A DNA stretch of 64,000 bases from Mizuhopecten yessoensis. Lineage: Eukaryota. Where the stretch lies: contig NW_018408827.1 of assembly GCF_002113885.1 (NCBI RefSeq), positions 105,553 through 169,552 on the forward strand, read 5' to 3'. A model generated the notes under the pieces. It ran no database searches. It worked only from the letters and a program-made list of their open reading frames with translations, and had not been told where the DNA came from. Shown piece by piece: positions 1 to 14,500 of the stretch (within the stretch, counting starts at the first letter, position 1; each line of letters opens with the position of its first letter). Made by a program: the position numbers and the translations under genes.

Positions 1-640
1 ATAGTCGTAGTTTTACAATTCTCACAGCGTTTAAATTGTTAGTTCAAGGTCTTTATGGTTAGTTAATGATCAATACGAGTTTTACGTTTTCCTCTATAAC
101 AATAAAAAGTACCAGCTTACGCATTCCAACTATGACATGCATCGCTGGAGGAGTTTAAAGCTAGGAATCTTAAGTTTGTCAAATAAATCTGGTGAATATT
201 ATGTAGGACTAGATCTGTTCTTTTTATTGTAACATACATTTACAACAATGATACAAATCGTATATTATTTGGCTATTATCATTTTTCCTCAACATTTATG
301 TCACTTACAGAACCGTCATAAACCAATACTAACATTGTGACATAGTTGAAAAGTGCATTGTATATACCGTATTTTCTATTCATATCCTCCTTTGTATATA
401 TTTACATTGTATATTTTTCAATATATGTCATATTTAAGTATTATTTATCTTGGAATTGAATATATTAACCTTTAATAGCACATTGCTAATATTTCTACTG
501 TATCTTATCATGGTTTTAATCTGTAGAGTATATCGTATAACGATATTCCATCCGATAGTTAATAGTTTGGTGTAAGACCAAATACTTGTTTAACCAAAGG
601 TTATCTAAGCATTAAACAGCATTCTGTTACGTGTGATGGT

Positions 641-731
641 CCTATAACTCGGAATAGGATTGCAGAAAAAATGAGAAACGCGGGTAAGCTCGTTATGATT
701 ATCACTCTGCAATCCTGTTCCGTGTTATAGG
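641..731. repeat. Short foldback/MITE-like element with 26-bp inverted repeats
   Basis: cctataactcggaataggattgcaga (641-666) is the reverse complement of tctgcaatcctgttccgtgttatagg (706-731) with 2 mismatches; the spacer is 39 bp. Confidence 0.7.
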
Positions 732-1059
732 TTTATGCTTATATTTACATTTTTCATTTTTTTTCATTTTATTTTCTTAGTTCGAAACGCACTTTTAAAT
801 TCGAGTTTCGCAGTGTTTGTTCAAGGGCTACAACAGCCCATGGTATTGCTCAGAGAATGTTGTCTCGTGACTTTCCCCGTAAAAGAAATATAGTTCGTGG
901 AAACAAACATATCGATACAATTTCCATAATTTAATCAATGAATATTCTTCAATTCACTTTTTATGATAATTTTATATAAAACAGTGAATATTCTTGAATC
1001 ATAGTGTTGGTGGGTTTTTTACCTAGTGCGGAGGGGAACAGCGATCCTGTAGTTAGTCG

Positions 1060-1451
1060 NNNNNNNNNNNNNNNNNNNNNNNNNNNNNNNNNNNNNNNNN
1101 NNNNNNNNNNNNNNNNNNNNNNNNNNNNNNNNNNNNNNNNNNNNNNNNNNNNNNNNNNNNNNNNNNNNNNNNNNNNNNNNNNNNNNNNNNNNNNNNNNNN
1201 NNNNNNNNNNNNNNNNNNNNNNNNNNNNNNNNNNNNNNNNNNNNNNNNNNNNNNNNNNNNNNNNNNNNNNNNNNNNNNNNNNNNNNNNNNNNNNNNNNNN
1301 NNNNNNNNNNNNNNNNNNNNNNNNNNNNNNNNNNNNNNNNNNNNNNNNNNNNNNNNNNNNNNNNNNNNNNNNNNNNNNNNNNNNNNNNNNNNNNNNNNNN
1401 NNNNNNNNNNNNNNNNNNNNNNNNNNNNNNNNNNNNNNNNNNNNNNNNNNN
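1060..1451. other. Assembly gap (392 N)
   Basis: Run of N. The three ORFs spanning it are artefacts. Confidence 1.
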
Positions 1452-2584
1452 TTTTTCATAACAGTCCCGCAAGGTATGGTTTCTTTTCATAAATGATTTA
1501 TCAAAGTTCTAGTCATGTCAGTAACATTTGTTTCTAATGCATAGTTATCATTTTAGACAATGGAACGGATATCTCATATAATGAAAGATAGTCTGTGTAT
1601 GTATCCAACAACTATCCTGTTCTACATCTAAACACTCTATTCTAAAACCTAAGATAAGTGTGGGGGAAGTTGCCCACTACTACATTTTTAAGAAGCATAT
1701 CACATACGAAATAATTATGTAGGANGTGCAACTACTACATTATACAACTAGTATCGTGTCTACGGCTTAAGCTTTGTCGCCAACTGATGTCATCTCACGA
1801 ATTTAAACAATTATTACACAAGCTACAGTTCAGTTTTTCTTTGGTTATAAGTATACCTTTAGTACATGTATATCTCACTGGAAATGAATATGAAATCCCA
1901 TTTGAGACAGAATGACTTGACGACCGACGAAGTTATTCACTGGATTTTTTTTGCTATTATCCAACATTGTCAATTAAAAAGGTTCTTTTGATCATACGAC
2001 ATACACAACAATGTGTCTCCCGTGAGCTATATTAACACGAAGCTTCCACTCACCTGTATGTAGAGAATAATTATAAAGTATCGGTGTACAAATAGACCCT
2101 TGGCCAGATATAACAACACCATACCGTAGAAGTTGAAAAGTAATATATTTAACAGTTATAACGTAAACAATAGTGGATACGAAGAGACAAATTACACTTT
2201 AGTTATAAGGTAGTTTTCTCACAGTAAGGGTAATTAAAGCTCGTTTACCCGCTAAATCACCCCAGTCATGCAAATCAGTGTACGCAGTCTGCGCATGCGC
2301 CATGAAATATTAGTACAGGCATTCAGAGACCGCATTTACCGTTGATCCTTATTTGTTAATATCTTTTGCACAACAAATCAAGTTTAAGAACAGACCCACA
2401 GGATTATACATGTATCCGATGATAAACACAATTACATACATAAATAATCATATAAAAGGTAATATACTAAAGATAGTTGTTAGATCATATATGAATAACA
2501 TGATTAAAGTGTTGCCACCAAATGAAAAAACGTGCGGTACAATTCAATATATTAAATTTAATTAAATAAGCATGTATCTTGTAG

Positions 2585-5500
2585 AACCTTACCAAGCACG
2601 GAATTGGGACGATTATGTCAATTACTTCGACAGCACAGCAAAGAAAATACAACATTTGCTGACTGGTACGACATTGGCGGAGAAAAAGCGTAGTAGAGAA
2701 ATCATCACGGGTATGTATTGATGTAGTGTATCAGTCATTGTTATCTGGTGTAGAATACATGATGGTGAATAACGTACAATGGATATTAAATAATCTACGT
2801 GCAAATACGAAATATACCACATATATTCCTTACACCGCGACTTAAAGGCAAGTCCACACACTATAAACGTGTGTTGTTGGTAACTTCAAATACAGACATA
2901 CGTGAGGTAATATGTTCTTTATTAACATGTTATAATATGTTATAATCGATGCATCATTTTATGATGATTAATAAGCTACAATAAAAACAACGTCAGACAG
3001 CACGATGCGGAAGACAGAAAAAAAATGTCACGTTCCCGTAACATTTGTTTGTTTTGGGTTTATCTTCCTCACAACGGCCATGGTGATATGAAGACGCGTG
3101 CCTAGGGAGACACCGCCTATAACAGAAAGTACATAGAAAGGACAGAAGACAGGAACGATAGGAAATAAAAAAAAAAGATCCCAAGTTTTGGAATTGGGCA
3201 GTAGATCAACTATAGTTCCCTGCATGTCCCGACCGTAGACGACACTGAAGAACCTCCACGATTATGCAGGGGTCCCACATTAATGCGACCATTACGATCA
3301 AGCAGTGGGATACAGCAAGCGTATTCTTTTTGCCGAACCAGCAAGGGTTTTCCCCGTAGCTGCTGTTGATACTGTTTTGTTTGTTTCATTATTATTAATA
3401 TTTCTCATAGAAGTCCTGCAAGGTTTGGATATTTTTTTCAAAAATTGATTTATTAAAGCTATAGTCATGCCGGAAACTTACTTACAGTTTTTGGCAGGAT
3501 TGCGGGAAGCCTTAATCTTCGAAAACAAATCAAACATATACTTTATTTGGAGGTTGTTCATTGAAGGTTTTTCCCATCAAACCACTAATAAGTTATGTTA
3601 TGCGAGACTATCAGGATCAATTGGTTTTTGTTTCCGAAAAAACATCCGGTTCACCTGGTTTTGCTTCTGAAGAAACCATCCGGATCACCTGGTCTTGATT
3701 TTGAAGAAACCATCCGGATCACCTGGTCTTGCTTTTGCAGAAACCATCCGGATCACCTGGTCTTGCTTTTGAATTTACCATCCGGATCAACTGGTCTTGC
3801 TTTTGAAGAAACCATCCCGTGCACCTGGTTTTGCTTCTCGAGAAATCACCCGGACAACCTTGCTTTGCTTCTGTAGTTTATATTTGTGTCGTATAGGGAG
3901 GGGTCATGATCGTCTTTCATATTTGTTGTCGTATCTGGTTGGCTCCTTATTGCTATTCTGTGTGTTATTGCTTGGAAATATTTTTGTTAATGTTTTTTTA
4001 ATTGTATACTATTTCTTAAAAATGCCGATTTACTATGCCAGTTCCGTTGACATTCCAGGAGAGGCGTCGACCTCGAATTTATGGGACAATCGATGGTGGT
4101 GGAACTATGCAGTGAACCAGTATGATTCTGAACCTCCGGCTCTGACAAACGCCAATTATATACACCGTTTAATGCCCAATCTGAAAATGATTATCATACT
4201 CCGGAACCCTGTGTCAAGGTAAGGGCCTAGTGTTCATCTCCGTTTATAATACAAGAATATAAACTGTATTTACTTTTTTGAAATAAGGCATTACCACTTA
4301 TATTAATCGTTCTTGTTTAATCTCCATTGTGTACGTGTTCATGAGGTAGTTAATATTGTGGTGTCCCACCAGCTAGTTGTGTTGTCATTAAGCATTGACG
4401 TCATCAACTCGTCCTTGTATGTTGCCATTGTACCTACCATTTCTCTTACTGTTTTAATATACACAGTAACACAACCATTTATGAAACTTTCACAGCCAAT
4501 CGTCTTTCGTGGTGTTGTATTTAGATTTAACGTCCTATTAACGACTTTTGTCATTTAAGGACGTGACTTCACTGTTACCTTGTGTGTTGTTTTCCATTTT
4601 ACCCAGTAACAATACAAAAAGTAAGAGTAAACTTGGTGATAAATTCCAGAAAACCATATTTATTATTCAGGTTGTATTCTGACTACTTAGCTGTTAGCGA
4701 AGGAGAAGTGTCGCCAAAACGATTCCATCAAGAAGTGCTAAAGGAAATACGTTCATTCCAGAACTGTTCCATTTACCACGATATTAGATACTGCCTGTAT
4801 CATAACTCTTTTAATGAGGTTATCATACGTCATCAATACCTTTTAATGAAATAATCATACGCCATCAATATATCGCAAATAGTATTGTAGGTGGTTTATA
4901 GGTTCCCCAGGTTCAAAATATACAAATAACACCAATATATTACATATAATAGGTCACCTATTGACACAATATAGTATACCTTTTTTAGTTGCAACGGGAA
5001 GGATAACACTAATTCAACACAATTTGGACTAAGTCATCTGGTTCAAAACCTGAAACACAAACACAAACTTTCAAAAAGATCGCAATTCAAAACAATTGTT
5101 TTATGAATAAATATTCAAAATGATCGTCTTATGACAGCTATCACAAAAAAAGGTACATTATTTAAGGTGGGTTTTTTTCAACGTTCATGAGGTCATATCA
5201 ACATTGGTTCTCAGGACATATTCCAATGATCGCGTTCTTATATTTACATTATTATTTGAATTTTCCGATGCAATCATACAAAATAAAATACAGATTTGTT
5301 TTCCTATTGGAACAGTGTGTTTTCGCGGTAAAATGTAAAACCGCCGGGGTCTTAGCGACAGCATGACTACAAAACAAACAAAATAAAGTTCCATTTTCAA
5401 AACTTCAATTTGTAGAATTTATATAAGTCGTATATTTTATCAGATACTTTACACACCTTATTTAAGCTTACTTTCCTTATAGCTAACAGCTTTATGAATT

Positions 5501-6584
5501 CGAGGAGGGTTTTTTATTAGCCCTTTACGTTCTTTTACATGTATATATATTTTTAAATGAATAAAAATAGAGATGAAAATATACCTCAGGCATATGTCAA
5601 AATCAAAATATAAGTATGTCCTTGTAAAAGAACCTTCTTTTTTATTCAATATTTCGTTGATGGAATGGGTTTCTTAGTACAAAATATAATGTATTATGAT
5701 TATTGTTTTGTAGGCTAATGTGACTAGCTCGGTACCCCTAAGCAATGGGTTCTATGTGGTATTCATCAAAGAGTATATGAAGTTTTTCCATCGAAACCAG
5801 TTTCATATAATACGACTTGACGAGTATTCCAAGAACAAGTTGGAGGTCATGAGGAATATTTTTCGCTTTCTAGATGTGAGTATGTATTTTATTACATATG
5901 GATGCATATGCTTTCTTAAATTGTTCATGCTTTACCTGTTTCTGTAGTCGTTCAAGGCGAAGCGTCAAGGGTTATTTTTTACGACCACTTGATCATCAGT
6001 ACACATAGCATTTTACTCGTTTGCTTTTAAATGCATTATCAAACATGATCGTTGTGAGTTCATCGGTAACACTAATTATAACGCACTTTAATTCAATGTA
6101 GTAACAAATACATTATGTGAATTGATGAAATATGTGAAATGTGATTATAAATAGAAATGTTCTAGGTTCAGTGGTTACTTAAAATTAACTCTTGGTAAAC
6201 CTGTATTTACTTCAATTAACTTCAGTAATATATACTTTTGTAAACTAATGAAAAAAATTGTCGAAGAACGTGGGAGTTAATACTTAGAAATGTAATAAGT
6301 TCCATTTGAAACGCAGATGTCAACAACCTGATTTTGATAATTTAATATTTGAATGATGAGTTTAACTGCTTATTTAAAAACAGTTTACATGACATCATCT
6401 TATTTATTTAGGGAACGTTGAACAACGAGTAAGAAATACCTCAAAAAACAGCAGAAAGAAAAAAGGCTCAGAGACTGGAGACATGTTACCGGAAACTCGT
6501 TCCTTACTAACTAAATTTTACAAACCATACTTAGTTCAGCTAGCCGATCTACTGGGGGACGAGCGGTACCTCTGGAAGGATTAG
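2585..6584 (+). CDS. CHST15: Carbohydrate sulfotransferase 15 (GalNAc4S-6-O-sulfotransferase)-like, 3' part (5 coding exons; 5' exons not found in window)
   Basis: Phase-consistent GT-AG exons 2585-2710, 4059-4218, 4671-4818, 5714-5879 and 6412-6584 (TAG). They give ...DDYVNYFDSTAKKI...IITGEASTSNLWDN...PNLKMIIILRNPVSRLYSDYL (3'-PB motif of PAPS sulfotransferases)...NGFYVVFIKEYMKFFHRNQFHIIRLDEY...GDMLPETRSLLTKFYKPYLVQLADLLGDERYLWKD*, collinear with CHST15-family C-termini. Orthology is not established. Confidence 0.85.
3601..3871. repeat. 34-bp minisatellite, ~8 copies, in CHST15-like intron
   Basis: Unit gaagaaaccatccggatcacctggtcttgctttt; starts at 3669 and 3703 give a 34-bp period, with degenerate outer copies. 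Confidence 0.9.
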
Positions 6585-6986
6585 ATTACACACATTATGA
6601 CGAAACTGTGTCCTTGGATTCAACAACAACAGTCCCAGCCTCCTGAACTAGTAAACTTTTTAACTGAACGCCGGGTAGCGTTTACGTTTACGATAACACT
6701 AACGATATTACAATATTAAAACTGTTAATAATTACACAGTTTTATGTGTATATGTTGTGTAGATTGAAATAGTTTCGTTTTTAATCGCATGTCACCCTGA
6801 GAAATTTACAATTCACATGGGTATGAAATGAAATTACTTCAAAATATATTATCAGGATACTGTCATTGCGGATGTAAGCTTTTCTAGCTTAACGGCACGG
6901 TACATAAGGCTTTTGTTATTACAGATGATAATTAGTATGTATAGTACATGAGGGGTTGGTTTGCGTTCTCTAGAGGTGCAAAATTT

Positions 6987-7057
6987 CGGAAAGTCGTTCC
7001 TTACTTACATCATTCTGTAAACCACACTCCGCTAGCCGATCTACTGGAGTACGAGCG
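6987..7057 (+). pseudogene. Degenerate partial duplicate of the CHST15-like last coding exon
   Basis: cggaaagtcgttccttact...gctagccgatctactggagtacgagcg aligns to 6490-6565 (cggaaactcgttccttact...gctagccgatctactgggggacgagcg) with substitutions and an indel. Confidence 0.7.
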
Positions 7058-8506
7058 TCATCAGATAATTGTGTTTAGCGAAATTTCATAATGACAAAAT
7101 CGAATACCTCGACGGTTTGTGCTTGTTCTACATAGTTTCTTTCTACTTATTTATCGAAAAGTCTTTGGTTTATCTATTTTTAAAACATTATGTAGGAATT
7201 CAGCATTTATCAGTGTTTGTTTTAATCAGCGTTTTGTATATTTTGATTCGACATGAAAATTAATTACATGGTTTATTTGACCATAACCTTGTTAGAGTAA
7301 ACCTTTGTTATTGGCTAGTGTTTACGTTTATTGGAAAACATAAAACGTATATATACATTGATAATGTTAAAATGATACGTTTTATACCTTAGAACTTTCG
7401 CTTGGTCCTGTTTTCACCATCCACTGGTGAAATCTAAATTCTTCCAGCGTTAATTTCGCCCTTCATAACCTTGTATATATCTAGGTTGGTTCTATAAGTA
7501 GACCAGTTCCATCGTCAGGTAGGTCCCTCTTCATAGGTCGTTTCCTCGCTTCCACGGAAGTCTCCTAAGGTGTGCCGACTAAGGTAATTAGTCTCAGTCT
7601 GGAACTGTTCAAATTCATCCCATATATATTTACTATATATGGTATGTTGTTTATTAAACATTCGTTACCCCGATAGTTTCCTGTGAAAAAAATCCTGATA
7701 AACAGTACATTTTTGGTGTTTGAAGTTTCAAGCTGCTTGTGTACTGAAGGAAAAATTTTAAGAAAAAATACTTACACAATACATTTTTATGATTGTACAG
7801 AGTAAAAACTGCTAGTTTTTAAGTACATTCTATATATTGTATGGCAAAGGTTACAAGATGTTACTCTTAAGAAGAGTTAACGGATATGGACGGAGTTTAA
7901 AGCGTATTCCTAAACTGACGATCCAAAGCCGAAAACTACAAAAATTCTGTGTTTAAGCACTCTGCTCCCAAGGGAGCCGTATTCCTTGTTTGTACACATT
8001 GAGTTTCATTGGCCAGAGGATGTACCGAGTCATTTAGTTAATATACCTTAATTCGCTCGATATACAAAAACTTGAGTCTGAGCTAGAGCATGCTCCAGAG
8101 TAAATGTGTTTTTCATCTGTCTTCAACTTCGGGTCAGGTGAACGAACAAAACGCAACACAGCAGGCTTTCGTAATCAGAAAAATTAAAGTATTTACGTGT
8201 TGTTCGACGTTGTGAAAGAAACAACAGCTTGTGGTTGTCTCTTAAACTGTTTTTTAAAATATTTTAAATTAATATTAATGATAACAATCGGTATTTTGCA
8301 TCAACATAAATCCAGAAAATATATAAAGAGAGAACAATAAAACAAAAGAAAAATATATTGTACAGGTGACCATAACATTGGGGAACATTTTATTACTAAA
8401 TTATGTCCAATAGCATTCAAAACAAGTAAATTAAATTACATAATGTTTAATTTACATTAAATGTACAAGAAGATCTTGCGGTACACATTCATGCTGCTTG
8501 CCTTTA

Positions 8507-11500
8507 CTAATGTAATCCAAATTGATGTAAAATGAATCGAAAAGGATCGATTTTATGGGTATATTTCTGAAACAAACAAAAGGGAATTAAAAAATAACAC
8601 ATAATAATGCATAATTCTGTCTGAATTATCATTTTTCCCTTAAATTTCCACAATGTGCTGCTTTAAATAGTTTTAGGACTTTCTGTGATATGAAAATATG
8701 TGTATATGTTAATGGATATTAACATCGACAATTGTGATATTCAGATATAAAAGAAATAAGATATTTCCAATGGCTTACTATTGAAATTAAGAATATCAAG
8801 TTAAGAAAAAAGCTCCAATTTTAAAAAAGACAAAGGAAGAACATTGTTGTAATAGAGTTGGCTACAAGAGAAAATGAAGTGAAAGGAAGGTCAATTAATT
8901 TAAAATCAGTCGGAACAATTAATTACACAAAACTAAATAAAAAATTGTACTATCTCTGAAAAAAACATCGACCATAACGTACCTTTGTAAATGGAATTCC
9001 GTTACATTGGGGTGGAGGTTTGAAAATAGACGGATTCCGAATACCTCGTGACGTGTCCAGCAAGTCAAAGTTGTACATAATACCACTTTGTCCATCTCTG
9101 CTTGCTATACCAGCTTCGGGTATAAAATTGGCACGCACAGGCCAACAATCGTTGCCGTCTGTTGAAAAATCAAAAAGGAAGAAAAGCAGTGTTACATGTA
9201 TCACAAAAGCACGGAATCAGAACCCAAAATCAATATGACAGAACAAAAACAGGAACCAAATATACACTACTGTACATGAAAACGAAACATATCAAGAACG
9301 TCCACAAGATTGTTTGGATGAAAACCCAAATTGCCTCATAAGTAAGGAGTAAGCATTTCTTCAATCGCAAGTTGTATTCTTCTCTATGTACCTAAATATT
9401 CTTGTTAAGTAACGAACAAGGGTGAACGAAGAAAAAATAAGTCTATAGACATTACATGTATAGTATACTTACCCCTGATGACAGATGCTGTGATTTTTAA
9501 TGGAATCGATCCTTCGACATCAAACATATAGTTTGCTACATTGGTATTAGCGCCTGCCAGAAATCCATGCACCACTTCCGTTCCACCAGCTAAATAAAAG
9601 TTGGAAAGACAGATACCAGAGGTGGTAATTGTGCAAAGTATCTTAAAGCTTTTAATCAACTTGAACAAAATGAAATACCCTACGTATGCTCAGAAACATG
9701 TTTCCAGCTCAAGACAACCAAAAATAAACAGGAAGTTGATAATTCGCCATATTTCTCTTGTTAACAGCTCAGTATATGTGTGGATGTGCGTGAGAGATAA
9801 ATAACGGTCGCCAGGACGGATGCTGTACACTAGCTGACAGGCTCATGATTTAGGAGCTACATGTATTTATAGCCGCAAACAGAGGGGTGATGACTGATGT
9901 AAGGGCGACAATCTAACCTGCTGTTTATAAGGGGTTGTATCTGTGTATAAAATAAATTTATTAGGAGATGTCTCAGTGTACAAAGTAAGTTTATCAAGGG
10001 TTGTCTCGGTGTATAATTGTTTATTTTTTTTATTCCGCCCACAGATGTTTCTTAAAGTTTATTTCCAGCTTTAAAAATAAATATGCAGCTTCATTATGCA
10101 CATTAGACAAATATTATATTAACCGCCTTAACAGAAATGGATCAATCTAAACAATAGGACAAACACAATGAGCTTAAACATAAAACGAAAACAGCAACCT
10201 TTTTAATGAAATTAAACCCATGAAGGAGAAATTACTGTTTGTACGGAATCATCCAGTACAGTAGGACTGGTATCCTCAAACGCATTGTTTGTCCTTGTTA
10301 AATATACTACAATAATATCGTCATGATGTGTCCAGTCCAATCTAAGCGCTGTCGGTTATCAAGTTAATGTTAGTTTTAATCATGGTAGTCAATTAAAACC
10401 CTTGGTTAGATATAAAACATCAGATGTATCTTTTTTTAAGATAATAACCCCGCGATCAATGAACTATATTGGTGTAATCTCCAATGCTCCGGTATTGTTT
10501 AGAGTCTTTCGAAGACGATTATTGTATTACATTTATATATACGTTGTGTTTATTGTATTTAAGATACTGGTGAAAGGAACTATAAACACGACATTTCATT
10601 ACAAATACTAAACACGTAGGAGATGCAAAAACGTGGGGGTTTTTTGTATGCAAATGCTTTACGTGTAATATGATTACGTAAAATTCCTGTTATAAGCTTT
10701 GAATCTTTGAAACAATCGATGACAAAACTTCATTAGTTTTATTATTAAAAGGAACAAAACTACAAATGTACTACACCGTTTACAAGAAAGGATAGTATCA
10801 AAATCGGTCGAAAAAATTAGTCAGCCGAATCCTGTTTGAAGACCGTCTTCGTATCCAACTATCAAGCTGGAGCGTCTCAGTTTCGTTCCCATTGGTATAA
10901 ATTCATGTTAAATATCCATGTTACAATTCAAATATTAATTTTCCAGAATGAAAAGAATTCGTATAGAATCTCAAAATGCGGTGTCAATTTTTTTCAATTT
11001 AATTCAATTTTATTGGTAAATATTATGCAAATGCATGATTTCAATATGTAAACTGTTTACTTACATAGGATGCATTGTCTGGTCATGTTTTGTTCAAGAC
11101 TTGACTTCTGACACGAGCCGTCAGCACCAACCTGGTACATAATGCCCTAAAGCAAAAACACGTACGGATTATAAAACTGTACAAGTCAGGAAGAAGCCCT
11201 CATTTGCCCATTTGCAATATTTGAAACTTTAAGTTGTAAGGCAGTCGTATGTACGTAATATCTCCAAAGGAACATTGTTTCAACACTTACATGTAGAAGA
11301 TACTTTTTGTTTACAATTTTACTTGAAAGAACCAATTGACCAAATGTATAAGAAGAGTATTTCGTCTATTAGATTATCTTCACACAAGATAAATGTAGAA
11401 AGTGGAAGATACTTTAATGTAGCTAGAGCAAATAGGGTGTGTACATTGTGTGATAATGGAGATGCTGTACATTGTGTGATAATGGAGATGTTGTACATTT

Positions 11501-14500
11501 TGTGATTAATGGAGATGTTGTACATTGTGTGATAATGGAGATGTTGTACATTTTGTGATAATGGAGATGTTGTACATTATGTGATAATGGAGATGTTGTA
11601 CATTGTGTGATAATGGAGATGTTGTACATTATGTGATAATGGAGATGTTGTACACTGTGTGATAATGGAGATGTTGTACATTGTATGATAATGAAGATGT
11701 TGTACATTGTGTGATAATGAAGATGTTGTACATTGTGTGATAATGGAGATGTTGTACACTGTGTGATGATGGAGATGTTGTACATTGTGTCATAATGGAG
11801 ATGTTGTACATTGTGTGATCATGGAGATGTTGTACATTGTGTGATCATGGATATGTTGTACATTGTGTGATAATGGAGATGTTGCACATTGCGTGATAAT
11901 GGAGATGTTGTACACTGTGTGATTATGGAGATGTTGTACATGGTGTGATAATGGAGATGTTGTACATTGCGTGATAATGGAGATGTTGTACATTGTGTGA
12001 TAATGGATATGTTGTACATTGTGTGATAATGGAGATATTGTACACTGTGTGATAATGGAGATGTTGTACATTGCGTGATAATGGAGATGTTGTACATTGT
12101 GTGATAATGGAGATGTTGTACATTGTGTGATAATGGAGATGTTGTACATTGTGTAATAATGGATGTGTTGTACATTGTGTGATAATGTAGATGTTGTACA
12201 TTGCGTGATAATGGAGATATTAAAGACGAATTGCATTTCAACCTGAAGTGTCCTCTGTATTCAAACTTACGAGTCAGATATTTGAAGTCTTCCTATTTCC
12301 GTCGTCCTAGTGTATTCAGTTACTAAGTGTTAACATGTTAAAGAGTTATCTAATCTTGGTAAATTTATTAGACTTGCATTTTTGCAACGCTCTCTGTCGT
12401 TATAGTTCTACATTTATATATCTCGTGTGTGTTTGCACATGTTTCCATAGTGTGTTAATGTATCAATGTACAATTGTCACTCTCCTGAACAACTGCATGA
12501 ACTTTGTACAAATTGTAACTACAAATGTATCATGTTATATGTAATGTATCTCATAAGCCGTAAAGCTTGCAGAATAAATGAATTGAAAGTGTATGGAAAC
12601 CAGAATAATAAAGTTTATCCAGGGACTAGCGGGACCAGCTGTTAATGGTGTTTGCAATGCACAGAAAACCATCTTCAATACTCCAGCAGTTAAGTTCACT
12701 TTCGCTCTCTGCACTCCTTGAAAAATTGAAGGCACGCGGTTAGGTATTTGATTGGTCTCAGGCAAAATGGTATATACAATATTAGTGCCCATACTCGTAG
12801 AAGGGGAAGCAGGAGATTACATCAGTGTGGAGTCAGGAGTCCCTCGGGGGTCGGTGCTTGGGTCGTATCTATTTTTATATTACATTAACGATATGCCGGA
12901 TAACAAGTAAGGCTATTTGCAGACGACACCATAGTCTATTTAACGATATAATGGGATGCTGACAAGGACCATCTACAAGAAGACGTAAACAGACTGTCAG
13001 ACTGGGGAGAGAAATGGATGATGAAGTTCCACCCTGATAAATGTAATGTTCTATCAATTACAAAGAAGAGGACCCCTACCATGTATAACTACATTCTTCA
13101 TGGTCATACACTAGAACATGTAACATCTGCTAAATATCTTGGAGTCACCATATCTTCAGATTTAAAGTGGAATACACACATCTCAAATATATGACAGCGA
13201 GCAAATAACACCATAGGATTCCTAAAGAGAAATCTCAACATCAGCAACAGTAATCTAAAGGAGAAAGCCTATATGAGCCTAGTGAGATCTACACTTGAGT
13301 ATGCATGCACCACATGGGACCCATACCAGCAGAACAACAAATATCGCCTGGACATGGTACAGAGACGGGCTGCGAGATATGTCAAAAACAGATACCATAA
13401 CACCTCATCTGTTGGCTCCATCATTGAACAACTGAAGTGGACATTTTTAGAAGAGAGGAGAAGAAACGCTAGACTAGTGATGATGTACAAGATCCACAAC
13501 GGCCTAGTCACCATTGAAACATCAGGCAAACTATTACCACCAGACCGGCTCACTCTTTACATGCATAGCCAATCCATCCAGATTCCATCATGTAACACCA
13601 CAACAAGGGGGGATCATTTTATCCGAGAACCATCAAGGATTGGAACGCACTGCCCATCAGCACAGCAGCCGCTATGAGCTTTGAAGCCCTCAAGGCTCAC
13701 CTTCAGACGTAGACTCCACCCAAATGTTTTAACTTGCACCACCCAAATGTTTTAACTTGCACTTACTGTTAAGCACACACGTTTTTCACGTTTTTAACTT
13801 TTTAACCTTTTATGCGCACACCTAAAGTGGCAGAACAATCAATAGGATGATGGCGGTCACTCAGCGGTAGAAGTACTCCATCTTAACCATTTCAGGCCAA
13901 ACATCTCACCATCGACTTTATATAAACAATCTTTGTTACAAATTACCTGACAGATTGATGATGCAACTAATGAGAAGGCCTCCTGCAGACACGTGGTCTG
14001 ATCGTCCCTGTCCTCAGCAGATAACATTAATAAATACATTTCATCAATTAAAATACTGTTTTTCTTGTCTATTAAGTGGATGACCGACCACACCTGTCGG
14101 TAATACATTAACTAATGTGTTGTTCTGTTTAACTTATTTGAATTTAAGCATTTAGTCATAGATAAATAATATAAGACTCTTTCATGCCCATGGGTGTAGA
14201 ATAGGGAAATTCCACCCTCGGGATTTTCAAATTTGGCTAAACTGTCGACTTTAGATAATTTTTCTCTCATTCTAACAACCAGAATAAGCTCAGAAACCAC
14301 GAACATGAGTTTGGACTGGCCACAATTTTGAAAATATACAATTCCCTTCCTGAGCTTTCTAGGCGAAAACGAATCAGCCAGCCAGATTTAACATATCCCT
14401 TTTTTGCAAATACTGTTTGCACAGAAAAAGTAATCACATCTTTCTAACGTGTACGGTAAATATATCGTAAAAGGTTTTAATTTCATTACGTCGCCTTTTC

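Noticed and set aside
1004-1492. Three ORFs of 145-162 aa
   Set aside because: They span the N gap.
1452-1530. Similarity to 3401-3480
   Set aside because: Short diverged repeat next to the gap; its extent cannot be determined.
3601-3871. 34-bp repeats as a possible CRISPR array or coding repeat
   Set aside because: No spacers; intronic minisatellite.
7386-7681. Minus-strand segment with exon-like composition and plausible splice sites
   Set aside because: Stops occur in the frames examined and no protein similarity was recognised. It could be a non-coding or decayed exon but is unsupported.
11319-12241. Repetitive minus-strand ORFs and a CRISPR-like appearance
   Set aside because: Head-to-tail 26-bp units with no unique spacers, in a eukaryotic context; not a CRISPR array and not coding.
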